Positions 25,703 through 38,080 of a stretch of DNA of 64,000 nt are shown here, piece after piece. The notes under the pieces were generated by a model. It did no database searches. It saw only the letters and a program-made list of their open reading frames with translations, and was not told where the DNA came from. Made by a program: the position numbers and the translations under genes. Each line of letters opens with the position of its first letter. Position 1 is the stretch's first letter. The DNA comes from Squalus acanthias (Eukaryota): assembly GCA_030390025.1 (NCBI GenBank), contig CM059433.1:5332001-5396000 (forward strand), given 5' to 3'.

Positions 25703-26690
25703 TCAATATTTTGTTTTTTCTTTCATTCCCTTAGGAGAAAATATTGGCCCAGATTTTGCGTAGGTAATAATGGTGAGGCTATCAGCGCTCACCTTTATAA
25801 CGGAATAAATCTGACAGCAACTTCCGACGCCCGCACATGCGCAATTAAACGCGGAAATCTGGAAGTTGCTGTCAGAGACACCCTGCCCCTCCACAGGGTG
25901 CATTGTGACAGTCCTCGCCGATAGACTCGGCCTTGAAATGACTGCAACGGCGTGAACTTGGGGTACTCGTCCACTAGTTCCCCACTAAAAACACCAGAAA
26001 AAGTTAGGGCCGGTACATTCAGGAGTAAGTGATAATTACTGTCAAATGACCTCGCTGGCCCTAAAAGTTTAATTTTCTCAGTGTGAAGTCTCATTCCTTC
26101 AGAAGTTAATTATTGGCGATTTAAAAAAAAAATAATTTAAAAAAAAAACTTTTTCTGTCTGTCTCTTATATCTCTCTTAATCCCATCTGTCATTCCCAAC
26201 CTTTATTTTGCTTTCTGTACATTATTTAAATCTAATTTATACTTCCTGCTTTACACTTCATGGTTTACACTCTGTGAGGGGAGTTTAAACATGGTGGAGG
26301 TGTGGGTTTGGGAATGGGGGGGCGTTAAATACGGGGAAATTGACAGCGCGTCGGGAAGCCGGCTCCAACCCAACAACTTCCACATTTCACTCGAGCGTGT
26401 TAGGCCGCGTGTGCGCAACCCCCTCGGGAGAGGCAGATTGTCAGTTAACATATGTTAATTTCTCAATAAGAGTGATATTTACACACACGTTTGAGTTTAA
26501 TGCCAGGCCCACGGGATTCCAAGCTTCCTGAAACTCACCAGTGAAAGCAAGGCGAGAACACAGCGGCAATTGGCGGCGGGGGAGGGGGGTGGTGGGGGGG
26601 AAGTCAATCAATCTCATGGAAATATGATAATAAATACTCAGTGCTCACAGCTGCTTTCTTACCTGCTAGTGGGAAAGGGTTTGTTCACAG

Positions 26691-26942
26691 TGTTGAGGCT
26701 GCCGCGAAACACGAATTAAGACACAGTCCATGTGTGGGAAAACAAAGGCTTTTTAATACAACTGCATGGTCCAAAATGGCTGAAACAGACTGCTCCCAGA
26801 ATTCTCTGGAAAAATCCTGAGGCCCCGCCCACTCCTTTTCTCCTGCCTTAAAGGCAAGGTGCCTTAAAGGCAAGGTGCTCGATATATTGTCCACGGACGG
26901 AAAAGTGGATTATGCCCGTTTAGGTGGCGATCCGCCACAACA
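26691..26942. repeat. Short dispersed repeat, candidate small solo LTR
   Basis: TGTTGAGGC...GCCACAACA termini; homologous to 22407-22687; no clear TSD. Confidence 0.6.
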
Positions 26943-26987
26943 GTATATTTGCTGAGAGTTTACTGTCTACACGTTGGAGGTTTGTTC

Positions 26988-28228
26988 TATGGGTGGCACT
27001 TTGGTTACTTTAGATTGGACTTCAGATGAGGAGCAACATGACCAACAGCAACACCAGCAGCCTGCTGGTTACAGACCTATAGCTGCACAGGAGAGAGGGG
27101 AGCAGCAGAGAGGGGAGCAGCAGAGAGGGGAGCGGCAGGGAGGGGAGCGGCAGAGAGGGGAGCGGCAGAGAGGGGAGCGGCAGAGAGGGGAGCGGCAGAG
27201 AGGGGACCAGCAGAGAGGTGCAGCTCACAGGAGGCACTACCCACGAAACAGGGTTTACAGGCAGAGCTGAGTTTCCTTGACATGTTTGAACACCAGTGTC
27301 TCAGGAGGCTCAGGTTGTCACATCAGGTGGTAACAGACATCTGCAGCCTTCTAGAAGAAGACCTGTTCCTTGTTGGACCTGGTGTCCACACGTTACCAGT
27401 GGCGGTCAAAGTCACCACCACCCTCAATTTTTTTGCCTCCGGATCCTTCCAGGGCTCTCCGGAGACATATCCAGGATCTCCCAGTTGACGGCCCACAAAT
27501 GCATAAGACAGGTGACTGATGGCTTGTTTGCCAGGGCTGGCAATTATGTCAACTTCACCTGCGATGACGCCAGTCAGAATGAGCGGGCACTTGGGTTTGC
27601 GGCTCTGGCTGGCTTCCCACAGGTGCAGCGTACTCATCAACTGCAAGGGCTTCCACTTCATCAATGTGCAGCTGGTGTGCAACTACAATAAGATACTTCT
27701 GCAGATGTGCACCAGATTCCGGGAAGCTGCCATGATGCTTTCGTCCTGCGGCAGTCCAATCTCCCTGATGTCTTCGGACCTACAAGCAGACTTAAGGGGT
27801 GGCTTCTAGGGGACAAGGGATACCCACTTCAAACTTGGCTCATGACACCTGTCAGAAATCCCAACACTGAAGCCCAACAGCGCTACAATGAATGCCATAT
27901 GACCACCAGATGTGTGATCGAACAAGCAATCGGGATGCTGAAGATGCGGATCAGGTGCCTAGACAGATCTGGAGGCACCCTTCAGTACGCACCAGCCAGG
28001 GTCTCCAGAATGGCCGTGGTGCGCTGCGCTCTGCACAACATTGCACAGCAGCGAGGTTTGGATCTGCAGGAGGTACAAGGCGAAGAGCTTAGATCCTCCT
28101 CGGACGATTCGGAGGGGGAGGAGGAGGAAGACGAGGAAGAGGAAGGTGATGAGAGCAATGCACCACCGGCTGCTCACATTGCTGCCTGGGATGCCAGGGA
28201 TCCCCTTATCAATGCAAGGTTCACGTAG
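26988..28228 (+). pseudogene. Harbinger DDE transposase (HARBI1-like), frameshifted
   Basis: [78 protein letters not shown] spread over three frames. Confidence 0.9.
27090..27220 (+). repeat. 15-bp tandem repeat (GAGAGGGGAGCRGCA), ~8 copies
   Basis: Seen directly; encodes (QRGER)n in the transposase N-terminus. Confidence 0.9.
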
Positions 28229-28505
28229 GTTGCACCAGTGGACCCATGTCACAAGCACATGCAACGGCCACTCTTCCCACACCCCCGCCCCCCGCCCCCC
28301 CGCCCATGCCACTGACACAAAGCAGTCCTGCAAACAACTAAACCACCCCTTGTACACCCTCGCATTGGGCCCCATCAATTCATGTCTTCCCATTCATCAT
28401 CAAACAAGTTCAGAAGTGACTTACCACCCAGCACCTAAGAATGGACAAGATGGGAAAGTGGTGCAAAATAATAATATTTATATGACCTAACTAAACAACA
28501 GAAAC

Positions 28506-30375
28506 TTAACAACACAACATTTTCTCAGACACCCATGTGCATACCCTTGTGCAACTACAAAGCCTGACTCTTCCTTTTCCTACTCCTCCTACGTGGTGCA
28601 ACCCTTGTGGCTTGAGCAGAGCTCGAGGCAGGCTGCTCAGATCCATGCTCTGACGGCTGAGCTGCTCTTGGCCGACGTCCTTTGGGTCTTGGAGCCCATG
28701 AGGGCCCCGGCAAAGACTGCTCCACCTGCACCTGTGCCGATGCAGACTCGGCCATTGGGACATGAGGCAGCGTGTGGGCTACTGACTGAGAGGGGGGTCA
28801 ACGGGTGAGAAGTGGAGGCGTTTTGAGTGGAGTCCCCACTTCCATGTCCCCTTTCACCATCATCCCTCGCATGGCCCGGCCGTACTTCACTGCTACCACT
28901 GTGGTGGAGAGCACTTTGGTGCAAATCAGGGCGGCACAGTAAGGCCAGGGCTAAGGTATCTGCCATCCTATTTAAGGTGGCAGACATGTTGGCATCCAGA
29001 GTCTGCATGGCCGTGGACAAGGCGTGCATGGAATAAGTTGATAGCCGCATTTGATGTCCCACGGAGTTGGCCACTCTAGCCATGGAAGAATTCATCATCG
29101 CAATGCCCTGCGACACCAACCCACTCATGCTTGAGGCGGACTCCTCCAATCTCTCTTCAATCGTAGACAGTGTGCTTGGAAGGCCTGTCAGTGCATCGCA
29201 CATTGTCTGCTGCTGCTCAATGATTCTCCTTTCCATCAACGGCCCCCGGGGTTACAGCATCTGTGTCCAGCTGAGCGGAGCTTGGAGAGGGCTGCGCCCT
29301 CCGATGCGGAATCGCCACTGCTGTCCCTGATACCGCCATCTGCTCTTGCTCACTTGTGAAGTGTGAGTCACCAGGTGAAAACGCAACTATCTGCCTATGT
29401 GGTCCCACCGAAGTGCGAGTATCTGAGCTGGCGCATGGCATGCATGAGTCCTGTGACGGTGCTTCCTCAGAAGGAATCAGCTCCTCTGAGGAATTGTCAT
29501 CGGCGACCTGCACTGACTTGTGCTGCACACGTGAAGGCCTTGTCGGAGATAAAAGACATGATTTAGTCCTGGCAAGGTAAGAATATGTTGCATGTTCTCA
29601 TTATGAAGATAATCATATTTCACTCGCCGTTGATATCAATTCAACATGGCTGAGTGCAGTATGACATGTGGGTCGCTAATATTTAATTGTGTCACCAGGT
29701 AACTGGGAGCTCCCCATCTGCCCAGCTCCGAAGGCCAGGGACACCAGAACTCTGCTGATTTCCATTGCCTCATCCTCTGTGCTTGTCAGTTGCGAGATGA
29801 TTGGAGGACCACCTCCAGTTCTCTCCCTTTCACTCTCCCTGGTGTTCTGTGCTCTCTTCTCCAGCAACGAGGGAAAGAACAGACCGATGAGTGAGTGTAA
29901 TGGCATGTGTTCACCTGATGAGTTCATTTGGTGAGGGTGAGTATCAGGGAGAGGCATGAAATTGCAAAACAATTAGGGTGAGTGGCAGTGGTGGATGGAT
30001 AATTAGGGATGTGAGGAAGTGCAGAGACAGAGAAGGATGGGTGCACCTGCAAGGTAACTGGGTGTGAGGAGTGATGTGATGGTAAGCAGAGTGAGGGGGT
30101 GGGGTGGGGTGATGCCCACAGCAGGATGTAGGTGAATGTGCAACTGTTAGGTCATTAAACCGCTTCCTGCACTACATCCAGGAGCGTTGCACTACGCTCC
30201 TGCTGCTGACCTCCTGGGCAACCTCCAGCCACGCCTTCTTCATTTCTGCCTCAGGTTTTCTCCTCCCATGGCTGGGGAATAGTATCTCCCTCCGGCTCCT
30301 CACAGGCCTCAGCAGAACATCAAGGGAAGCATCAGTGAACCCGGGGCACAGCCTTTGTACGTCTCAAATCCATTG
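28506..30375 (-). pseudogene. Harbinger Myb/SANT (trihelix) accessory gene remnant, multi-exon
   Basis: Minus strand FTDASLDVLL..RREILFP..AWLEVAQEVSS..RKRFNDL (~30150-30350), ERERTGGGPP (~29810), coiled-coil ORF 28637-29239. Confidence 0.75.
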
Positions 30376-31969
30376 TTGAAGTTGCACCTCTTTTCTTCTC
30401 AACTTCAACTGCTCCAAATTGCAGCTTCAGTTCGGCCCTTTAAATACTGGAGTTGAGATCGCGTCATGTGGTCCTCATCCCGCCCGCTGCCGCGGATTAG
30501 ACGGCAAACCCGGAAGTAAAATTATAATGAGGTCGCTGAGTTAAAAAGCCACTGACAGAACACGTTGACACGCGATATCGGACCCCCACCCCCGCGCATC
30601 TCCCAGTTAATATCGGGACCTGTGTATCTCAGTGAGGATTCTTTAATCTGATTGGTTGAAGAGTCTCGCTTTTCTTGCCCTGCTTGCAGATGCCACAGAT
30701 CCCCTGTAGAGGGCAGCTGTCAGCGAGGTGAATGGAAAGTGCCGCTCCTTTGCCGCTGACCGCAAAATCCGGGCCGTTGACTTTGGGTGGTGACAAGTCT
30801 CCTGTCAGCAATGGCAGTGATGTAATATTTATCAGCCAGCATGAAGAGAATCAAGTTGAACAAACCTAAGTCCAGATTCCACCAGTGAATATATGGACAC
30901 CAAGGCTGTGCAGTTTTTTTCAAAGTGCGTGAGTATGAAGGAGTAATGTGGCTTTATATTCATCTTTTTGCTTGGTAGAATTAAGCAGTGGAGGAAAACA
31001 TATCACCAGGTTGGTTGTCTGTGGGACCTATTTATCATGTGTATTCACATCTTTGGCAAATTCCCTTTATTGAATGATATCATTTGAAGTTCCCTTGATA
31101 GTGTTTAGTAGAAGGGCTGCTTAGTGAATTCTAGTTGTCTCCTCCAGTTTTGCACATCATCTGTATTATGGGCGACCACGAACCTGTTTCTGCTATTCTT
31201 TTGCCTTGTGAATGAATGGCATGTAGTACAAGTGTGGATCAGCCTGCACATTCAGGAAGTTGTCAATAGCAACCCACATAAAATGGAATTTCCAACAGCA
31301 CGTTTCCCTTTTTTCTAAAGCAATTTTTTAAATTCTACCTTCCGTGATCTGTTGAAAATAATCAACGTCATTGGCATGTGGCCTGGTTAGAAATTGAATT
31401 CTGAAAAGAGTGTTTTCGTGCCTTCTCCACATAACATGTGGAATTATATTTGTATCACCTTCTCTTTCAGATGGGTGAACACTAGGTTCAAGTATCTTGG
31501 GATAAATATAACCCCTTTCAAGACTCGCACTTCAAAGTTAATTACCATCTCTGATGAAGCGTATTAGAGTTGATGTGTACTATCGACAATTCCACTGAAG
31601 TATTACACCATTGACCCAGCTGGCTTAATGGGTTGGGTGAGTCAACATAATCAAAAATGAACAGCCTCTACGACATATGCAACATTTTTAGATTTTTCCC
31701 ATTCTGATCGTAGCAGTAGATTATCAGAGATTTGAATAGGTCTTTCAGTCAGTTCATTTGGAATGGAAAAAGGTTATATATACTAGAAAATAATTTAATT
31801 TAAAGTAATCGTGACTGCACATATGTGCATGTTACAGCTTAGAAGATACCGTGCAGGCTAAACTAAGCACGACAATGAGGAAATTTTACATATTTTGGTT
31901 CAAATAACTGCTACCCAGTCCCCAGTTAGTTTTGGATACTAATGATGAACTCCATCCCACTTTAACTAG

Positions 31970-34900
31970 GGCCGGAATTTTCACTTCAGAGCCGGGACAG
32001 GTGCGTGCGGGCCGTGTAGCGGGTCGGGAACGCGATGTGTCGATCAGCCTGCTCCTCAGGGCGACTTTAACATAACGGCCCCAGTTGAGCCAGCCATGCG
32101 CATTTCCCGGCCCCATTAAAGGGTGCGGGTTTGATGACGTCATCAATGACTGATTTCCAGCGTCCGTATTTAACGCAGCCTTGCTCACAAGTCATGTGAA
32201 GGTTGGTAAAGGAGTGAGTAAGTAGCATTGTAAAGGTTGGAGTTATTTTGCAAACATAAAAACATGAATACCCAAAGGCGGAGGGCTGCACCCCGGATTA
32301 CAGATGCCTCGCTGCATATTCTGGTGGAGGCAGTACGAGCACCGCAGGGAGGTCCTCTTCCCAGCAGATGGACGCAAAAGACCTTCGCAAGAGACCAAAA
32401 GGGCCTGGCTGGAAATAGCGGAGAAGGTCAGCAGCAGGGAGGTTGTGAGGAGGACCCGGATCCAGTGCAGGAAGAGATTCAATGAACTGATGAGGTCAGG
32501 AAAGGTGAGTGCAATGCCACACTCACCTTCATCCTGCTGTGCCTGTCACCACATCCCCATCACTCTGCCTTCCCAAGCCTACTCCTGCACATCATTCCTC
32601 ACAGCAACATACCTTCCAGGTCCACCCATCCCTCTCTCTCTATGTACATACTCACATCCCCATCTGACTAACCACCCCTGACACTCACCCTCATCTTAAT
32701 GCAATCATAGCAAGTAACACCACAGGAGGAGGCCATTTGGCAATGTCACGCCGCTCCCTCATAGTCACCCTCTACAGCCCATCCATTCCTTACACTCATT
32801 CCAGCACTCTCACTCAAACTTCTCTTCTTTCCCTCCTTACAGGAGAAAAGTTCCCACAACAACAGGGAGAGGGAGAGAACTGGAGGTGGCCCTCCATCCT
32901 TCAGTACTTTGACTACAGCAGAGGAGGTGGCCCTGGAGGTGTCAGGAGTTGCTGGTGGTGGGAGACAGAGAGAGGGCACAGGACGCTCCCAGCTCTGCTC
33001 AGCTGCATGCAGACGCTGAGCCTCGGGGGCCATCCAGAAAGAGGGCGATCCTGGAGAGGCAGCAAGAAGTGCAGGAGGCTCTGGCAGGTTTTGCAGTCGC
33101 GATGTCTGAAAATGTGCAGAGAATGGAGGAGTCCATCTCCAACATGAGCACAATGGCCACTGAGCTTCCGCCTCCGCTTCACAGGCAAGGTTCCCGAGCT
33201 GCGTGCTTCCCGCACTCAGGCCGTTAAATTCAGAAGCTGCCGTTAAAAACCCTCTTCAGGAAACGCGCTGGAGTTAAAGGAGTGAGGAGGCGGGATCCCG
33301 GCGTGCTGGGAAACGCGCTCAAGTTAAAGGAGCGAGGAGGCGGGATCCGCGGCGCGCTGGGAAACGCGCTCGAGTTAAAGGAGCGAGGAGGCGGGATCCC
33401 GGCACGCTGGGAAACGCGCTCGAGTTAAAGGAGCGAGGAGGCGGGATCCGCAGCGCGCTGGGAAACGCGCTCGAGTTAAAGGAGCGAGGAAGCGGGATCC
33501 CGGCGCGCTAGGAAACGCGCTCGAGTTAAAGGAGCGAGGAGGCGGGATTCGCAGCGCGCTGGGAAACGCGCTCGAGTTAAAGGAGCGAGGAGGCGGGATC
33601 CGTAGCGCGCTGGGAAACGCGCTCGAGTTAAAGGAGCGAGGAGGCGGGATCTCGGCACGCTGAGAAACGCGCTCGAGTTAAAGGAGCGAGGAGGCGGGAT
33701 CCCGGCGCGCTGGGAAACGCACTCGAGTTAAAGGAGCGAGGAGGTGGGATCCCGGTGCGCTGGGAAACGCGCTCGAGTTAAAGGAGCGAGGGGGCGGGAT
33801 CCCGGCGCGCTGGGAAACGCGCTCGGGTTAAAGAAGCGAGGAGGCGGGATCCCGGCGCGCTGGGAAACGCGCTCGAGTTAAAGGAGCGAGGAGGCGGGAT
33901 CCCGGCGCGCTGAGAAACGCGCTCGAGTTAAAGGAGCGAGGAGGCGGGATCCCGGCACGCTGGGAAACGCGCTCGAGTTAAAGGAGCGAGGAGGCGGGAT
34001 CCCGGCACGCTGGGAAACGCGCTCGAGTTAAAGGAGCGAGGGGGCGGGATCCCGGCGCGCTGGGAAACGCGCTCGGGTTAAAGAAGCGAGGAGGCGGGAT
34101 CCCGGCGCGCTGGGAAACACGCTCGAGTTAAAGGAGCGAGGAGGCGGGATCCCGGCACGCTGGGAAACGCGCTCGAGTTAAAGGAGCGAGGGGGCGGGAT
34201 CCCGGCGCGCTGGGAAACGCGCTCGAGTTAAAGGAGCGAGGGGGCGGGATCCCGGCGCGCTGGGAAACGCGCTCGAGTTAAAGGAGCGAGGGGGCGGGAT
34301 CCCGGCGCGCTGGGAAACGCGCTCGGGTTAAAGGAGCGAGGGGGCGGGATCCCGGCGCGCTGGGAAACGCGCTCGGGTTAAAGGAGCGAGGAGGCGGGAT
34401 CCCGGCGCGCTGGGAAACGCGCTCGGGTTAAAGGAGCGAGGAGGCGGGATCCCGGCGCGCTGGGAAACGCGCTCGAGTTAAAGGAGCGAGGAGGCGGGAT
34501 CCCGGCGCGCTGGGAAACGCGCTCGAGTTAAAGGAGCGAGGAGGCGGGATCCCGGCGCGCTGGGAAACGCGCTCGAGTTAAAGGAGCGAGGGGGCGGGAT
34601 CCCGGCGCGCTGGGAAACGCGCTCGAGTTAAAGGAGCGAGGGGGCGGGATCCCGGCGCGCTGGGAAACGCGCTCGAGTTAAAGGAGCGAGGAGGCGGGAT
34701 CCGCGGCGCGCTGGGAAACGCACTCGAGTTAAAGGAGCGAGGAGGCGGGATCCCGGCTCGCTGGGAAACGCACTCGAGTTAAAGGAGCGAGGAGGCGGGA
34801 TCCCGGCTCGCTGGGAAACGCGCTCGAGTTAAAGGAGCGAGGAGGCTGGATCCCGGCGCGCTGGGAAACGCGCTCGGGTTAAAGGAGCGAGGAGGCGGGA

Positions 34901-34971
34901 TCCCGGCGCGCTGTCTATTTCCGCTATTTTTACAGCTGACCCACACGTGTAGCATCGGGAAAATTCCGGCC
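31970..34971 (+). mobile_element. Harbinger derivative with Myb/SANT remnant and internal tandem array
   Basis: TIRs GGCCGGAATTTT / AAAATTCCGGCC; RREVLFPADGRKRP..AWLEIAEKVSS..QCRKRFNEL at 32330-32500. Confidence 0.8.
33259..34912 (+). repeat. CpG-rich 50-bp tandem array, ~33 copies
   Basis: Unit TGGGAAACGCGCTCGAGTTAAAGGAGCGAGGAGGCGGGATCCCGGCGCGC, highly homogeneous. Confidence 0.97.
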
Positions 34972-35004
34972 AAAGTTACAAATGACTAAGAAGCCACTGA
35001 AGAG

Positions 35005-35428
35005 TCAGTTTAGCTCAGTTGGTGGCACACTTGCTTCTGAGCCAGAAGGTCACGGCTTTAAGCCCTATTCCAGTGTTTGAGCACTTAATCTCGGCTAATG
35101 TTCCAGTACAGCGTTGAGGGAGTAGTGCAGAATCAAAGGTGCGTTTTGTAAATGAACTGTTAAACTCCTTTCCTGCCTGTTCAGGTGAATGAAAGGATCT
35201 TACTGCACTCTTTAAAGAGTTCGCTTGGCATCTTGGCCAAAATTCTTTCCGCAGCCAAGCTAAAATTATCTGGTCATTTATCTCATTTGCTGTTTGTGGG
35301 ATCTTGGCTGTGCACAAATTGGCTACTGTGTTTTGCCTACATAACAATAGTGACAACTCTTTAAAAAAGTATTTCATTGGAATGTGAAATACTTTGAGAT
35401 GTCCTGAGGGTGTAATAAGGTGCTATAT
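35005..35428 (+). mobile_element. Degenerate tRNA-derived Deu-type SINE
   Basis: A-box-like TAGCTCAGTTGG head; similarity to 37650-38080 including GCTATATAAATGCAAGT tail. Confidence 0.7.
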
Positions 35429-36787
35429 AAATGCAAGTTCTTTGTTTATTAAAATCAACGCTTAATTGGTCTGGTCAATTGGTGTAAACGATGGTCAATC
35501 AATAAAATGAATGTGGCACCTGTAAATGCTGAGGGATAGCGTTTTCTGCAATCCAACTATTCCCATAGAAATAATAATCACTCTCCACTGTGAATCACAA
35601 GCCAATGTGAATACGGTGTACACTGAGACACCTTCAATTGCTTCACTACACAATGGAACAAGCAATGATGAAAAATATAAATTGAAGTTCTTTCATAGTC
35701 TTTTTACTTGTTGCTTCTCAGTGAAAGTTGAATATTGATGAATAAATATATTAGGTACACAAGTACGATGGAAGAGTGCAGAACAAGTAATGTAGCGATG
35801 ATGGGGTACTCAATTCGTTTAACTGAAAGACCCTTTCTCAGAAATATTAGTAATTCTGGGCTTTCGAGACCAAGTAGGTCTCCAGTCTAGTGGGAGAAAT
35901 GGGACTTTTTGTCACATGCACGGTGCCAGAAGTTGGGTGTCAGAGTGTACATCGTGATTAACTCTCCGCTTGAAGGCAAAGTAGCACCCAAATTGTTATA
36001 GATAAGGACGGATTGAACAGTAGAGGGCCTCGACTTACATTATCTTCCTTGCTCAGAATACAAAGAAAATAAATCTGTCAAGAAAAATTGAACATAGGAA
36101 CATTATGAACATTAGTGGGCCATTCAGCCCCTTGGCCTGTTCCGCCATTAGATCATGGCTGATCTGCACCTCAACTCTATTTACCCGGCTTTGCTCCATA
36201 TCCTGTGATACCCTTACCTAACAAAAATCTATCGATCTCAGTCTTGAAAGCTCCAATTGTCCCACCATCCCTTTGGGGGAAAGTTCCAAATTTCCACCAC
36301 CTTTTGTGTGAGAAAGTGCCTCCTGATTTCGCTCCTGAAGGACCCAGCTCTAATTTTAAATTGATGTCCCCTCCTTCCTGATTCCATCACCAGAGGAAAT
36401 AGTTTCTCCATATCCACCCATCGAATCCTTTTAACAGTTTAAACACCTTGATCAAATCAAGGGAATACAAGCCAAGTTTATGCAACCTGTCCTCATAAAC
36501 TTGGATATACAACTCTTTATTTCTTTATCCAAGTCATTAATAACTATGGTGAAATGTTGAGGCCCCAGGTCAGATCCCTGGGGAACAACACTTGTCACAT
36601 CCCACCAATCAGAGTACCTGCCCTTTATCACCACTCTCTGTCTCCTACCTCCCAACCAATTTTCAACCCATGTCAAAAGGCTACTTCCAATTCCGTTCGC
36701 CCTCATTTTTGCTAATAATCTTTTGTGTGGAACTTCATCGAATGCCTTCTGGAGGTCCATATAGATAACATCCATAGACACTCTCTT

Positions 36788-37430
36788 TTCTCTTCTCTTC
36801 TTAGGCAGTCCCTCGGAACCGAGGATGACTTGCTTCCACATTAAAAATGAGTTCTCAGGTGACTGATGAGTCCAATGTGGGACCTACAGTCTCTGTCACA
36901 GGTGGGGCAGACGGTGGTTGAAGGGGCGGATGGGTGGGGTGCTTGGGTTGACGTGCGCTCCTTGTGCTGTTTGCGCTTGGCTTCCACTTGCTCCCAGCGA
37001 AGAGACTCGAGGTGTTCGGCGCCTTCCCGAATGCTTCTCCTCCACCTTGTGCGGTCTTGGGCCAGGGATTCCCAGGTGTCGGAGGGGATGTTGCACTTTT
37101 TCAAGGAGGCTTTGAGGGTGTCCTTGAAGCGTTTCCTCTGCCCACCTGGGGCTCTCTTGCCGTGTCGGAGCTCCGAGTAGAGCGCTTGTTTCGGGAGTCT
37201 CATATCGGGCATGCGGACAATGTGGCCCAACCATCGGAGCTGATCGAGCGTGGTCAAAACTTCAATGCTGGGGATGTTGGCCTGAGCAAGAACACTGACG
37301 TTGGTGCGCCTATCCTGCCAATGGATTTCCAGGATCTTGCGGAGGCAGCGTTGGTGGTACCTCTCCAGTGCTTTGAGGTGCCTGCTGTACATGGTCCATG
37401 TCTCTGAGGCATACAGGAGGGCGGGTATCA
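36788..37430 (-). mobile_element. 5'-truncated RTE-clade LINE
   Basis: IPALLYASETW..HQRCLRKIL..QLRWLGHIVRM..CPTC..HLRTH C-terminal Zn finger; (GAAGA)n tail; 84-bp flanking duplication. Confidence 0.9.
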
Positions 37431-37649
37431 CATTTTTGCTAATAATCTTTTGTGTGGAACTTCATTGAATGCCTTCTGGAGGTCCATATAGATAACATCC
37501 ATATACACTCTCTTATCTACATTATTAGTGACCTCCTCAAATAATTCAATAGATTAGTCAGACATAGCTTACCCTTAACAAAGGCATGCTGGCTCTCTCT
37601 GAGCAGCTCATATTTGTTCAAGTACTCAGTCACTCTATTCCTAACAATA

Positions 37650-38080
37650 GAAGGTTGTGGATTCAAATCCCACTCCAGGGACTTGAGCACATAAAGCTAG
37701 GCTGACACTCCCAGTGCAGTGCTGAGGGAGTGCTGCACTGTCGGAGGTGCCGTCTTTCGGATGAGACGTTAAACCGAGGCCCCGTCTGCCCTCTCAGGTG
37801 GGTGTAAAAGATCCCATGGGCACTATTTCGAAGAAGAGCAGGGGAGTTATCCCCGGTGTCCTGGGCCAATACTTATCCCTCAACCAACATAACAAAAAAC
37901 AGATTATCTGGTCATTATCACATTGCTGTTTGTGGGAGCTTGCTGTGCGCAGATTGGCTGCCGCGTTTCCCACATTACAACAGTGACTACACTTCAAAAG
38001 TACTTCATTGGCTGTGAAGCGCTTTGAGACGTCCGGTGGTCGTGAAAGGCGCTATAGAAATGCAAGTCTTTCTTTCTTTT
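37650..38080 (+). mobile_element. tRNA-derived Deu-domain SINE (SacSINE1-like)
   Basis: B-box-like GGATTCAAATCCC; central GGAGGTGCCGTCTTTCGGATGAGACGTTAAACCGAGGCCCCGTCTGC; tail AATGCAAGTCTTTCTTTC; family name from recall. Confidence 0.8.

Larger units (their letters stand above)
25746..30775. mobile_element. Harbinger composite: outer TIR element enclosing a decayed autonomous Harbinger (~26280-30620)
   Basis: Outer TIRs GGCCCAGATTTTGCG / CGCAAAATCCGGGCC; convergent DDE and Myb gene remnants inside. Confidence 0.7.

Noticed and set aside
33259..34912. CRISPR-like appearance of the 50-bp array
   Set aside because: Head-to-tail units with no unique spacers, in vertebrate DNA with no cas genes
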